Made by a program: the position numbers and the translations under genes
Notes under the pieces: generated by a model
What the model saw: only the letters and a program-made list of their open reading frames with translations
Database searches by the model: none
What the model was told of the DNA's origin: nothing
Part shown: positions 10,331 to 20,340 of the stretch, piece by piece
How positions within the stretch are numbered: position 1 is the stretch's first letter
How the letters are laid out: each line of letters starts with the position of its first letter
DNA from: a virus
Strand: one strand, 5' to 3'
IMG/VR virus record: IMGVR_UViG_3300031673_012789
DNA: 64,000 nt

Positions 10331-11260
10331 TTAAAAAATTAAAGATCCTTCGTCATCCCAAGCCCAATAGAGTTTTCCATTTTCTCTTAGAATAACATAT
10401 TTTAGATTTTCGTTTGATTCATTTTTAGCCATACAATCATCATCAATTGCTACAGACATTCCATCAATTGAATAAACCCAAGCTCCAAAAGGAAGTTTAT
10501 ATCCTCGCTTTCCTTCTCCACCTTTCCTATATTCATATCCTGATGCATGTTCATGCCAAACTTCTCCAGCAATGTATTCTTCAATTTGAGTAATTACTTT
10601 GTCTTTACATGCATTTTCATCTACCCATTCAGATTCTGGAGTATCATATCCACCTCCATAAAGTTTACGGAAAGTAATTTGATCAGCCCCAAGTTCTTTA
10701 CATCTCATTAAAATATCTTCTGGATATTTGTTATCATAAACATTTGTCATATTCAAAGACAAACGAAGATTAAATCCCTGGTCTTTTATAAATTTGCATA
10801 ATTCGGGTAAATCTCTTCTTAATTTTTTAGGAGCCCCTATAATATTCCAGTTGTTTTCGGAATCGAAAATATCAGAAACTGAAAGAGAAATTGTGTTAAC
10901 ACCGAGTGCCCTTAGAAATACTGCATTAAAATATACTGCTTCTCCACTTCTTATATGTTCGGAAACTTGGTCAAGTAAAACTCCGGTAGTTTGAAGTTCT
11001 ATATTTGGAAAAGGATTATTTTCGTCTATTAGAACTCCTTCAAGCAAATGTAAAAATGTTGAATTTTGAAGCGGTTCTCCTGTTCCTGTTAAAATTAAGG
11101 TAGTTACATTAGCTATAGCAGCTCTTTTTATTCTTTTTCGATAAGCTATTTCATCAAAATTATTACAGTAAGGATTATCGTGCATTTTTGATACACAAAA
11201 CTTACAATTATTTACACATGCTTTTGTGGGTACTACTACGGAAATTGATTGTATGTCCAT
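10331..11260 (-). CDS. radical SAM domain protein
   Basis: CVNNCKFC is a CxxxCxxC motif near the N-terminus. Gly-rich LTGTGEP SAM-binding motif. Confidence 0.6.
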   Translation of the reverse strand: MDIQSISVVVPTKACVNNCKFCVSKMHDNPYCNNFDEIAYRKRIKRAAIANVTTLILTGTGEPLQNSTFLHLLEGVLIDENNPFPNIELQTTGVLLDQVSEHIRSGEAVYFNAVFLRALGVNTISLSVSDIFDSENNWNIIGAPKKLRRDLPELCKFIKDQGFNLRLSLNMTNVYDNKYPEDILMRCKELGADQITFRKLYGGGYDTPESEWVDENACKDKVITQIEEYIAGEVWHEHASGYEYRKGGEGKRGYKLPFGAWVYSIDGMSVAIDDDCMAKNESNENLKYVILRENGKLYWAWDDEGSLIF

Positions 11261-11334
11261 TCTGTTAGATTTAATTATCTTTAATACAGATGTAATATAA
11301 CCAAAATACTTGTGATAAAAAAATATTTTGGCAA

Positions 11335-11790
11335 CTATTTTTTAATTTTATCTATTCTTTTTTGAAGGATATCTGCTTTTTTATAGTCTTCATTTTTTAA
11401 TGCTTCCTTTAAACGATCCTCTAATTCATTGATTTCGTATTTTGTCAAAGATTCATTAAATATATCAGGTTTTGAAAGAGAATATGGATCAACATAATAT
11501 GACCATCCTTCATCCCACATATCAAGAGGAAGATTAATAGGACCAGAACTTTGCATCATCATTTTAAAGAAACCACCAATACCAGTCATTTCATCTTCGT
11601 CTCCTCTTCTATTGTCTCTTTCTACATAAACACACCCATTAGCCACTCCTAAAAAAATAAGTGCAATACCAATATAAGCTCTGTCTCTTATATCTTCTTC
11701 TTCAAGTCCTGGAATAGGTTTAGAAGGTTGAATTCGGGTTATTAAATCCCCCTTCTTAAAATCATAAATTGACATAGGTGTTTGCTTCAT
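11335..11790 (-). CDS. hypothetical protein (151 aa)
   Basis: ORF track. Confidence 0.4.
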   Translation of the reverse strand: MKQTPMSIYDFKKGDLITRIQPSKPIPGLEEEDIRDRAYIGIALIFLGVANGCVYVERDNRRGDEDEMTGIGGFFKMMMQSSGPINLPLDMWDEGWSYYVDPYSLSKPDIFNESLTKYEINELEDRLKEALKNEDYKKADILQKRIDKIKK

Positions 11791-11792
11791 AA

Positions 11793-12296
11793 CTAATATA
11801 ATTTTTCAAGTTCATCCCAAAATTCTTGGTATCTTCCATCAAACAAATTGGATTTGAACTTTGGCCACTCATTTTTATATTTATTATACATTGAACTTTC
11901 AGTTCTTTTGCTATACTTAGTATTATAATATCTATCGCAGAGTTTTACGAAAGTAGCATGTTCAAATGCTTTAATTCCTTTATAATATTTTTCATTTGCT
12001 CTTTCATCTCGGTTTCTTCCTTTTTCATTCCAAAGAGCATATGAATATTCAGCAGCATTTTCCCCTAAAACTTTTTTAAGATCATTATAAGTTTCATGAG
12101 TATCTTCCAAAACATCATGAACCCAACATCCAACTAAAACTTTAGAAATTTCTAAGTTTGGAAGTAGATGAGAAAATCTTTTTGCAACATCAACTACCCC
12201 TCGTAAATGTACAGTATAGGGTAAGCCATCAAATGTTTGATTTACATTCCTATGGGCTTTTGTTGCATATATTTCTGCTTTATAAACTAAATTCAT
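11793..12296 (-). CDS. HD-domain hydrolase, RelA/SpoT-type (small alarmone hydrolase-like)
   Basis: H..HLRGVVDV ... WVHDVLEDT matches the SpoT/Mesh1 HD motif (H, HD, ..HDvvEDT). Confidence 0.55.
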   Translation of the reverse strand: MNLVYKAEIYATKAHRNVNQTFDGLPYTVHLRGVVDVAKRFSHLLPNLEISKVLVGCWVHDVLEDTHETYNDLKKVLGENAAEYSYALWNEKGRNRDERANEKYYKGIKAFEHATFVKLCDRYYNTKYSKRTESSMYNKYKNEWPKFKSNLFDGRYQEFWDELEKLY

Positions 12297-12943
12297 TACA
12301 TTAAATTAAACAAAGGAAGTTCCCAAGATTCAATTACTTTTATGTTATTGTCTAAAAATTCCTCCATTGTTTGTTTTACACCATCTCCTGAAATTGCTCT
12401 TGTTCCATCAAGAACAACAACAGTATTAAATCCTTTTTTAGCCGCATCAAGTGCTGTATCTTTAACACAAAAATCTAAAGCTAAACCACAAACAAATACT
12501 TGATGAACTTCCTTTTCTTTTAAAAATTCTTCCAATTCTTCTGCTCCAAATCCAGAATATGGATGTTCTTTTTCTTTCATCCCCTTTTTAAAGATATAAA
12601 AATCTCCTTTAATTAATCCAAGATCTATATCTCCATGTAAATCCGCTCCCTTAGTATTTTGCACACAATGAACTGGCCATAATGTATCTTCTTTACCTTT
12701 AGAGTTTGTATATTTTTCAAAGGGTTGTTTACCTTCTTTAGGGGAAGCAAATGCCTCCATTTTTTCTGGATGCCAATCTTTAGTAAAAATAACTAAGTTA
12801 AACCGTTTTAACAAATCATTAATAACTGGTATAATTTCATCTCCTCCTTTTACGGCCAAGGCTCCGCCTTGTTTATTTTCATATTCGTATTCAGAAGCAG
12901 GCATGAAATCATATTGAGCATCGACCACAATTAAAGCCTTCAT
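12296..12943 (-). CDS. pncA: nicotinamidase / isochorismatase-family hydrolase (PncA)
   Basis: VVDAQYDF (Asp), FTKDWH (Lys) and FVCGLALDFCV (Cys) correspond to the PncA catalytic triad context. Confidence 0.65.
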   Translation of the reverse strand: MKALIVVDAQYDFMPASEYEYENKQGGALAVKGGDEIIPVINDLLKRFNLVIFTKDWHPEKMEAFASPKEGKQPFEKYTNSKGKEDTLWPVHCVQNTKGADLHGDIDLGLIKGDFYIFKKGMKEKEHPYSGFGAEELEEFLKEKEVHQVFVCGLALDFCVKDTALDAAKKGFNTVVVLDGTRAISGDGVKQTMEEFLDNNIKVIESWELPLFNLM

Positions 12944-13024
12944 ATTTTTCTATTTTTAAGTTACATATAAATATAACAAAAATCTATGAATCTAGGAAAT
13001 AAAATGATTAAAAGTTTGTTAAAT

Positions 13025-13315
13025 TTATTTTTTATTGTTAGCTTTTCTAGCTAAAAATTCTCGCGTTTGCCTTCTATTAAGTTCCCTCATTTGTTCAGGA
13101 GTAAGCTGACCAAACTCTTCATATGCTTTAAAGACCTTGCTACTAGAAAAACTATAAGCAGGAATCCATAAAGGAAAAGTTAACCAGATTAAAAAGGATC
13201 TTATAAACCAAGCCGGGTAAACAACTATTTTTCCTAATTTTGTATAATCATCCCAATCTTCTTGAATATGGGTTTCATATAACCATAATATAAATTTTAT
13301 CAAATGTAGTTTCAT
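13025..13315 (-). CDS. hypothetical membrane protein (96 aa)
   Basis: ORF track. Hydrophobic segments. Confidence 0.4.
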   Translation of the reverse strand: MKLHLIKFILWLYETHIQEDWDDYTKLGKIVVYPAWFIRSFLIWLTFPLWIPAYSFSSSKVFKAYEEFGQLTPEQMRELNRRQTREFLARKANNKK

Positions 13316-13319
13316 GTTA

Positions 13320-14204
13320 TTATTTATTATATATGTTATCAGGTATACCTATAATTTTATTCCAAGGAATATTATAAGGATTCTGTCTTTTAAATTCTGA
13401 TTTTAAATGTCGTTGAATTACAGGATCTGTTAAATCATTGAGTTTACTTGATATATAGGTCATCAATCTTAAATCAACTAATTTATACCCATCTCTTGAG
13501 TTTCCTTCCCATCCTGGTAAAATTTGATCTAAATCAGTTTTCGAAATTCCTAGTCCATCAGTAGCATCAGCATTGATAACATCCATGATAACATCATAAG
13601 GATGTCCTTGAAGTTGACCTTTCCACCCAGTATATTCTTTTTTAGCAATATATTCTGTCATTTCATAAACTTCAGTTTTCCAGAGATTTTGAATCATTCC
13701 ATAATCTCCAACATCACCATGTAATGTCCAAAAACCAAGAAGATATTCTGTGTAATTATCAGTGGAAAGTACCATTCCATTGTTCCCACCAGCAATATCA
13801 TAAAGAAGAATCATACGAATTCTTGCTTTTATATTTCCATTCAAGATTTGATTGCCATAGTCTTCTCCGTCAGGATAATTTTCCGGAAGAACATTATGAT
13901 TATCATAAGCTACATCGGAAAGTTTATTAAATGCTGCTTTAATAGAAGTTTCTTTAAAATCAGTACAAAATAAGTTACCAATTTCTTTAGCTCTTGAATT
14001 TTCACCTTTGGAATTTGTATTTGAAGGTAATGACCGACCAATCAACGGGATATTTAATTCTTCACAGACTGGTTTGGCCAGTAATGCACAGAGGGTGCTA
14101 TCGATGCCCCCAGATACACCAAGTACTAAGGATTGTAAGTTACCTTTACTTATGTAGTCTTTAAGCTCAGACCTAATGTTTTTAACCGCTAATTCGTAGT
14201 TCAT
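13320..14204 (-). CDS. nadE: NAD+ synthetase (NadE, PP-loop ATP pyrophosphatase; could be the NaMN-amidating type)
   Basis: SGGIDS PP-loop motif (LVLGVSGGIDSTL). Length 294 aa. Confidence 0.75.
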   Translation of the reverse strand: MNYELAVKNIRSELKDYISKGNLQSLVLGVSGGIDSTLCALLAKPVCEELNIPLIGRSLPSNTNSKGENSRAKEIGNLFCTDFKETSIKAAFNKLSDVAYDNHNVLPENYPDGEDYGNQILNGNIKARIRMILLYDIAGGNNGMVLSTDNYTEYLLGFWTLHGDVGDYGMIQNLWKTEVYEMTEYIAKKEYTGWKGQLQGHPYDVIMDVINADATDGLGISKTDLDQILPGWEGNSRDGYKLVDLRLMTYISSKLNDLTDPVIQRHLKSEFKRQNPYNIPWNKIIGIPDNIYNK

Positions 14205-14410
14205 GCTCCGTTGTTTTTTATTTTATATAAAATTTTTTCATCACTTTCGCAACCTGGATAAATTCCACCATCTTCAGTCATAGCATCAAGAGCCCCAAAC
14301 ATATATGCCCTATTTTCTAGGGCATTATCAGATTCTGTAGATGAAGTACCACGTAATTCATCTTTAAATCCTTTCATATAATATTCTAATAAACTTTCAT
14401 CACTAACCAT
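14201..14410 (-). CDS. hypothetical protein (69 aa)
   Basis: ORF track. 4-nt overlap with nadE. Confidence 0.35.
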   Translation of the reverse strand: MVSDESLLEYYMKGFKDELRGTSSTESDNALENRAYMFGALDAMTEDGGIYPGCESDEKILYKIKNNGA

Positions 14411-14471
14411 AACCGTTTCCTTTATTACATTAGTAATATAACCAAAATAATCGACACGAAAAAATTTTGTG

Positions 14472-14906
14472 TTATTTTATTTCTTTGAGTTTTTGAAATA
14501 ATTCTTCTTTGTTGAAAAATACATCTTCAGCAAACTGATACATGACATCCCATCTTTCAGGTTCTTCGTCAAAAAGAATAAAACATCTTTTTCCACTTCC
14601 AATCATATATCCTAATTCTAAATGTCCACTTTTTCCAGCTGGCATATAAAGAATCCCAATATCTGATCTATCAATATGAAATTTGTCAAATTCGTATACA
14701 TGTTTACCAGCCCAATTATTAAGTGCTTGCTTATATGAACTACCTCGAACTTTTTCATAATTTCTCCAATAATCATCGGCCTCGGGGCCAGGACTAAACC
14801 AATCATCAAATACTTCGAAACCTAATTCCCTAATTTCTTTTGCCATGTGGGGAATTTGGTCATTTCTAAGACTGCCTATTATGTAAATAACTTTTTGTTT
14901 ATTCAT
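14472..14906 (-). CDS. nucleoside 2-deoxyribosyltransferase-like (NDT/DNPH1-fold) protein
   Basis: VIYIIGSLRN ... AGKSGHLELGYMIG resembles the NDT family Rossmann start and catalytic-Glu loop. Confidence 0.5.
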   Translation of the reverse strand: MNKQKVIYIIGSLRNDQIPHMAKEIRELGFEVFDDWFSPGPEADDYWRNYEKVRGSSYKQALNNWAGKHVYEFDKFHIDRSDIGILYMPAGKSGHLELGYMIGSGKRCFILFDEEPERWDVMYQFAEDVFFNKEELFQKLKEIK

Positions 14907-15094
14907 ATTTAAGTGAAATTAATTTTTTATTTATAATTTAACAAAGTCCACCCATATATGGCCAGTATTCTTCTTTCTTTTCAGGTGGGTAAATTTTAAC
15001 TACTCCTCTTACTTCATCACATTGTACATCACTTCCAACACATGGAACTGGTGCATCTTCTGATAAAGCAAAAGGACATTCTATTTTGTATGAT

Positions 15095-15607
15095 TTACAA
15101 TGTCCCATTTCTTCTTTGTTTTGGTATGTATAATAAATTATTATGATCAACCCATTTTTTTATTTTGACCGCATCTGGAACTTCTAAAACATTAACTTTT
15201 TTGAGTAATTCTGGATTTAAAACATCACCATCATATAAATAAAGATAATAAATATTTTTGATTCCAGTTGCAGTAATGTTTTTTAAACAATCATTACAAG
15301 GAGAAATAGTAACATACATATCACATCCATCAACTTCTACGTTATGTTTAGCTGAAAATGCAATTGCATTCATTTCTGCATGTATCTCATTATCTTTAGA
15401 CCACTTATGATGTTCTTCTCTGTCAAAATTATCTTTGTCAAAAACATCACAGCAATTAGGCATGTCAGGAGGAGTTCCATTATATCCTGTAATGACAATT
15501 CTATTATCTTTTACTATAACAGCTCCAACATGATGGGAAACGCATTTACTTTCTTTTGCAAAAAGAAAAGCAGTCTCCATGAATGTATGATGTTTTTTCT
15601 TAGCCAT
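15095..15607 (-). CDS. dCMP deaminase
   Basis: HAEMNAI and SPCNDC zinc-binding motifs of the cytidine/dCMP deaminase family. Size typical of phage dCMP deaminases. Confidence 0.75.
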   Translation of the reverse strand: MAKKKHHTFMETAFLFAKESKCVSHHVGAVIVKDNRIVITGYNGTPPDMPNCCDVFDKDNFDREEHHKWSKDNEIHAEMNAIAFSAKHNVEVDGCDMYVTISPCNDCLKNITATGIKNIYYLYLYDGDVLNPELLKKVNVLEVPDAVKIKKWVDHNNLLYIPKQRRNGTL

Positions 15608-16083
15608 TATATTGTAATGCCATCAAATTGTTCTACTGGTGACCCACCACTTTTATTTTCAAAATATTTGTAAGGATATCCTATAGCTCCCATATCTTCT
15701 TCAATAAGATAAGAGTATTGAATATCTGAATATCTTACAGTAAGAGCAAAATTCCCACTAACAAAAAAATTAGCTTCAATTGTACATTCCTTACCGGTTT
15801 GATCAATAGCTTTTATAGTAAAAACTTTTACATCTGAATTATCTGTGGTTAAAATAGTAGAATTTAAAATAAATCTATCGTGATATCCATTTTCAACTGC
15901 AATAAATCCAAATCCTAAGTCCATATAAATTAAAATAGGTGATTCTGCTTCAACCCATCCACCCCAACTTTCAGAACTGTTTTTAACTTGATAATCTTTA
16001 GCTACACCAAAAGATAATCGATCTTGTGCAAATATAGTTACACTAAATATTGCCAATAATAAAATAAAAAATAATTTTTTCAT
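15607..16083 (-). CDS. secreted hypothetical protein
   Basis: Signal peptide MKKLFFILLLAIFSVTIFAQ. Confidence 0.45.
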   Translation of the reverse strand: MKKLFFILLLAIFSVTIFAQDRLSFGVAKDYQVKNSSESWGGWVEAESPILIYMDLGFGFIAVENGYHDRFILNSTILTTDNSDVKVFTIKAIDQTGKECTIEANFFVSGNFALTVRYSDIQYSYLIEEDMGAIGYPYKYFENKSGGSPVEQFDGITI

Positions 16084-16303
16084 AATTAAAGCGTTAAATT
16101 GTCATTAGATTCGTTTTCAGGTTTAAGATTTGATATTTCTTCTAATACATCACATGAAGTTCGTATGGTAGTTGCCATAGTTTTAGCGTAATCGGCCCAA
16201 TCATTAACATTACCTTCTTGCCATCCTGATACACTAGAAGATCTTAATCTTTTAATTAAAGCCTTTATTGTTACTTGTTCTGTTTTTGTCATTTTTTATG
16301 TTT

Positions 16304-16726
16304 TTAGGGACTTGGTATATTATATTCTAAATTTCCACCCCATAGGAAACCATTACTTTCAAAAGTCTCGGTAGCAACTAGTACACCGTCATCATAGATA
16401 TTGAAGGTCATAGTTCTATCCTTTCCTGCTGTAATTACACCAATTTTAACTGGATGACCCGTACAGGTGTTGACAGTCTTACTCCAAGGTACTGTCACAT
16501 TATCAATAGTTACTACTTCCCATACAAGGGAATCTGGATAATTAGGTAGACTGTATTTCAAATCACCATAGTTAACGGTAAGTGGATTAAGGTTAACACT
16601 ACCAATTACTTCATAAGTAATGTCAGTAAACAGTTCAGGATCATCTGGAGGTGGTACAATATCTTTTTCACATCCAATAAAAAATATGCCTATTAAAAGG
16701 GCGGCTAATAATATTAATTTCTTCAT
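16304..16726 (-). CDS. putative lipoprotein
   Basis: Signal peptide with lipobox-like FFIGC. Confidence 0.45.
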   Translation of the reverse strand: MKKLILLAALLIGIFFIGCEKDIVPPPDDPELFTDITYEVIGSVNLNPLTVNYGDLKYSLPNYPDSLVWEVVTIDNVTVPWSKTVNTCTGHPVKIGVITAGKDRTMTFNIYDDGVLVATETFESNGFLWGGNLEYNIPSP

Positions 16727-17165
16727 GATTATTTAATTTTAATATGATTTTCTTTATAAAAAGTTCTTACTTTTTTATATGACATTTGGTTTGCAATTTT
16801 ATACCCGGCATGAGTATTCATACCTCTATTCCAAAGAGTTTCAAAAACATAGAATCTTTTTCTTGCAATAATACTCCATGAAACAACTTTGAATGTTTGC
16901 AAAGAATCTAAAAATTCAAAATAATCTTCTCTTTCAGTAGTCTCCTCTGTTTTCATATTTTTTTATAATTTCTATAGCTTTATTATAAGCTTTCATTGTT
17001 TTATCCCAGCTTCCGTCATAAATCCAATTCGTATATTCGGATGTAAACCAGATAGATATGTAAATACCAGTTAGCACAAATACTAAAAGGCCTCCCCACC
17101 AACTTGTAACTATTCCCATAATTATAGAAAAAATAGCTAGTATTATCATATAAATTAGCCAAACT

Positions 17166-17639
17166 TTATTTTTCTTTTTCATACCATTCAGGTTTTTCGG
17201 AGTGATTCCATTTAGCAATGTGATTTTTATATTTCTTGTAATATTTTCTATAACTTTGAACTGGATCTCCTTTGATTTTACAATCATCAGGCATTGCTAA
17301 ATAAAATTCAGTCAATCCATTGTTATGAATATCAGGAAGATTATCATAGCACCAAACAATTGTTTCTTGAGATTTGTGAACTCTACCATAACGTCTGGTA
17401 TATTCATTACATAATTCACATGCATGTTGAGCCAACCAATCATAATTTGATAATGATTCTCTTGCCCATTTAGAGCATGGATGATTTTTATGTGTTAATT
17501 TATATGGAGCTTCCCTACCAGTCATCCAGTGTACACCACATAAAAGTTGTGCCGATTCTAAAATCATTTTTACAACATGCTTATCACATTGCATTTGGGC
17601 GGCACCTACAGGATTTAAGTCAAGTACAAATATATTCAT
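17166..17639 (-). CDS. possible pyrimidine-dimer DNA glycosylase (T4 endonuclease V/DenV-like)
   Basis: N-terminus MNIFVLDLNPVGAAQMQCDKHVVKMILESAQLL parallels DenV [24 protein letters not shown]. Overlaps the out-of-frame ORF 16934..17287. Confidence 0.4.
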   Translation of the reverse strand: MNIFVLDLNPVGAAQMQCDKHVVKMILESAQLLCGVHWMTGREAPYKLTHKNHPCSKWARESLSNYDWLAQHACELCNEYTRRYGRVHKSQETIVWCYDNLPDIHNNGLTEFYLAMPDDCKIKGDPVQSYRKYYKKYKNHIAKWNHSEKPEWYEKEK

Positions 17640-17659
17640 AGTCTAATATAACAAAAAAA

Positions 17660-17680
17660 GCCGAGATTAAAAATCTCGAC
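17660..17680 (-). terminator. hairpin + T7 terminator fused to a motif variant (ATAACAAAAAAAGCCGAGAT..ATCTCGAC..TTGTTAA..GTTAAG)
   Basis: Same architecture at 21184-21204 and 45082-45101. Confidence 0.5.
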
Positions 17681-17704
17681 TTGTTAAAATTATGTTAAAG
17701 ATAC

Positions 17705-19108
17705 TTACTTTCCATTATTTCCTGTTCCTTTTTTCACAATAGTTCCCCATCCTTCAACACCTCTTATATATTGCCAATTTCCTTTTACAGAAAACCATGC
17801 AATCATAGGATAAATAAGAGGTTCAACAAATGCAACAGCTAATAATTTAATTACATCCCTTTTTCTCTCATATTTATGGAATGTTAATTCTTCAAATAAT
17901 ACAGACCATGAAGACATAAATACAGCAAAAGCATAAATAAAGAGATATAATAATCCAAAGAATCCCCAATTAATTAAACCAGTTGCGGCTAAGTAAATAG
18001 TAAATCCAAATCCAACAAAAGCAAGAAGAGGTGCTAACCATTCAAAGAATAACCAAAATGGATATCCAAGTAATCCTAATTTTCCATATTTTTTATTTAA
18101 GAACATCACTTTATGTTTTCTAAGTGCGTACACTAGTCCTCTAGCCCACCTTGCTCTTTGGCTTTCTAAAGATTTATAATCAGAAGGAACTTCAGTCCAA
18201 CATAATGGGTCAGGAATATAAGTAACTTCATATTTTTCATCTTTTTCAGCCATGTATCTTCTCATACGAATAACCATTTCCATATCTTCTCCAATAGCTT
18301 TAGTATCATACCCTCCTGAATTAATAAGTATTTCCCTATCAAATAATCCCATTGCACCAGATATAAGAAGCAATCCATCTAATTGTGACCAAGCCATTCT
18401 ACCAAGTAAAAATGCCCTAGTATATTCAAGAGCTTGCCATCTCGGTAAAAATTTTTGTGGTAAATTAATTTTTTTGATAACACCATTTTCAACTTCACAT
18501 GAATTCATAATTCGAATTACACCACCAGTTCCAATAACTTTTTTGTCTTTTTCTTCAAGGAATGGCTTTACTAATTTAGTGATTGAATCAGGTTCTATCA
18601 CACAATCAGCATCCATAATCAAAACAAGGTCATTCCTACAAATATTGATACCTGCATTACTAGCATCAGCTTTACATCCACCATTAACTTTATCTACAAC
18701 AGTCAATTTTGAAAATTCCTTATTTCTTGATTTGTAAATTCCTTTTATTTTTTTACAAGGGATTCTATATTCAAAAAAGTAATTAGCTTTTGATAGCTTA
18801 AACGTATCTTTTAAGAGTTTAAATGTATCATCAGTAGACCCATCATTAACAATAATGACCTCAAAATTTCGATAATGTAATTTCATAAGTGTTTTAACAC
18901 TGTCTATAATGTTTGCACTTTCATTATAAGCTGGAGCAATAATAGATACTGATGGTGATAATGGTGAAGTTGCCACGGCATTGTAATCTACATAACTATT
19001 TTTTCTTAGGTAATTTCTTAATTTTTTAACCGAGAAATATCCTAGTACAAAATAACAAATAAAAATAACTAGTGTAAATAAAAACACAAAATTTATAAAG
19101 AACCACAT
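17705..19108 (-). CDS. family-2 processive glycosyltransferase (PgaC/IcaA/cellulose-synthase-like)
   Basis: IIVNDGSTDDT, DADCV and QRARWARG (QxxRW) motifs. N- and C-terminal TM helices. Confidence 0.7.
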   Translation of the reverse strand: MWFFINFVFLFTLVIFICYFVLGYFSVKKLRNYLRKNSYVDYNAVATSPLSPSVSIIAPAYNESANIIDSVKTLMKLHYRNFEVIIVNDGSTDDTFKLLKDTFKLSKANYFFEYRIPCKKIKGIYKSRNKEFSKLTVVDKVNGGCKADASNAGINICRNDLVLIMDADCVIEPDSITKLVKPFLEEKDKKVIGTGGVIRIMNSCEVENGVIKKINLPQKFLPRWQALEYTRAFLLGRMAWSQLDGLLLISGAMGLFDREILINSGGYDTKAIGEDMEMVIRMRRYMAEKDEKYEVTYIPDPLCWTEVPSDYKSLESQRARWARGLVYALRKHKVMFLNKKYGKLGLLGYPFWLFFEWLAPLLAFVGFGFTIYLAATGLINWGFFGLLYLFIYAFAVFMSSWSVLFEELTFHKYERKRDVIKLLAVAFVEPLIYPMIAWFSVKGNWQYIRGVEGWGTIVKKGTGNNGK

Positions 19109-19119
19109 AATATTATTTT

Positions 19120-20340
19120 TTAATTAATTTTTTTATCAAGTACATGCTTAATGATGATATTGTAATTTTTGTAATCAGAATCCATCATCTTTTTCAATTG
19201 AACATCACCAACTTCACCCATATTTTTAATTGCCTTAACACCTTCAATTTGAAGTTCTGTATCTTCTTCAATATCAACAACATTTTGAAGAAAGCGAATT
19301 GTTTTTGGGTTTGCTATTTTTCCTAAAGTTTTTATGATTTCTACTTTATTTTCGTATGGTTCTGTTTTGTATATTTTTTTCAAAGGAGAACACAATGGTT
19401 CAACATTTAAATCCCCTACTACTTCAATTGCTAACTTAACAACCTTTTCACTTGGATGATAAAGCATATTGTTTAAATCATCTATGGTTTTTAGTTGTTC
19501 ATATTCTCTCATCATTCTTAAACAAAACATACCTACACTATGATTATCAGAAACTAACCATCTTCCAAAATAAGGAGGAGTTATTTTTGATTCAACCATA
19601 AGCTCATGAAGAGTAATTTGTTCCCAAACTGAAAAAGGATGGGTCAAATGTTCTAAAAATGAAAAAGCATCTTCTACAGCTCCAGATAATCTTACCATTG
19701 CAATTTGAGCTTCCATTCTAAGAACATCATTATTAGAGTTGATATATTTCATCACCTTTTCATTATAGTCAATAATTTCAAGATGAGATAATTCTTTCAA
19801 TGCTTTAACTTTCTTATGCCATTTCCTGCTGTATAGCTTTTTCTTTGTATCATCAATTAAACCTAAATGAAAATATAATTTTCTTAGTTTTGCTAAAACA
19901 TCTTTAGGCATCATTAACGCTACATCAATTATTTGGTCAATTAATATGTTTCTTCTAAACTGGCTATTACATATCTTTTTAAATTCCACCTGAGTAATAA
20001 TTTTATCATCAACAGCATCTAATATCAATGTTTGATATTTTTCAGTTAATGAAGCTTTAATTTTAGCCCGTTTTTCCATTCTTCTTCTATTAATTAGAAC
20101 AAAAAGTAGAATTAAAACCATTGCAGAAAAACAAATTACAATTGAACCAATCAATAGGTTCATGAATGCAAAAGAAGTCCCGAGTATTACAATTTGTTTT
20201 AAAAATAGAGTTTCAGCTCCATGTCCTGTTACCGCATTCATAATAACAGGATTAAATTGTGTTTGCATAATGAAACTGCCAATAAATAGCAGCGTCATAA
20301 TAATAACAGGAATTAGTATTTTTATTTTATGTCTCATCAC
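19120..20340 (-). CDS. membrane protein with C-terminal HEAT/PBS-lyase-like repeats, putative synthase accessory subunit
   Basis: N-terminal TM helices. Repeated alpha-helical LxxLG..N motifs in the C-terminus. Adjacent to the GT2 synthase. Confidence 0.45.
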   Translation of the reverse strand: MMRHKIKILIPVIIMTLLFIGSFIMQTQFNPVIMNAVTGHGAETLFLKQIVILGTSFAFMNLLIGSIVICFSAMVLILLFVLINRRRMEKRAKIKASLTEKYQTLILDAVDDKIITQVEFKKICNSQFRRNILIDQIIDVALMMPKDVLAKLRKLYFHLGLIDDTKKKLYSRKWHKKVKALKELSHLEIIDYNEKVMKYINSNNDVLRMEAQIAMVRLSGAVEDAFSFLEHLTHPFSVWEQITLHELMVESKITPPYFGRWLVSDNHSVGMFCLRMMREYEQLKTIDDLNNMLYHPSEKVVKLAIEVVGDLNVEPLCSPLKKIYKTEPYENKVEIIKTLGKIANPKTIRFLQNVVDIEEDTELQIEGVKAIKNMGEVGDVQLKKMMDSDYKNYNIIIKHVLDKKIN

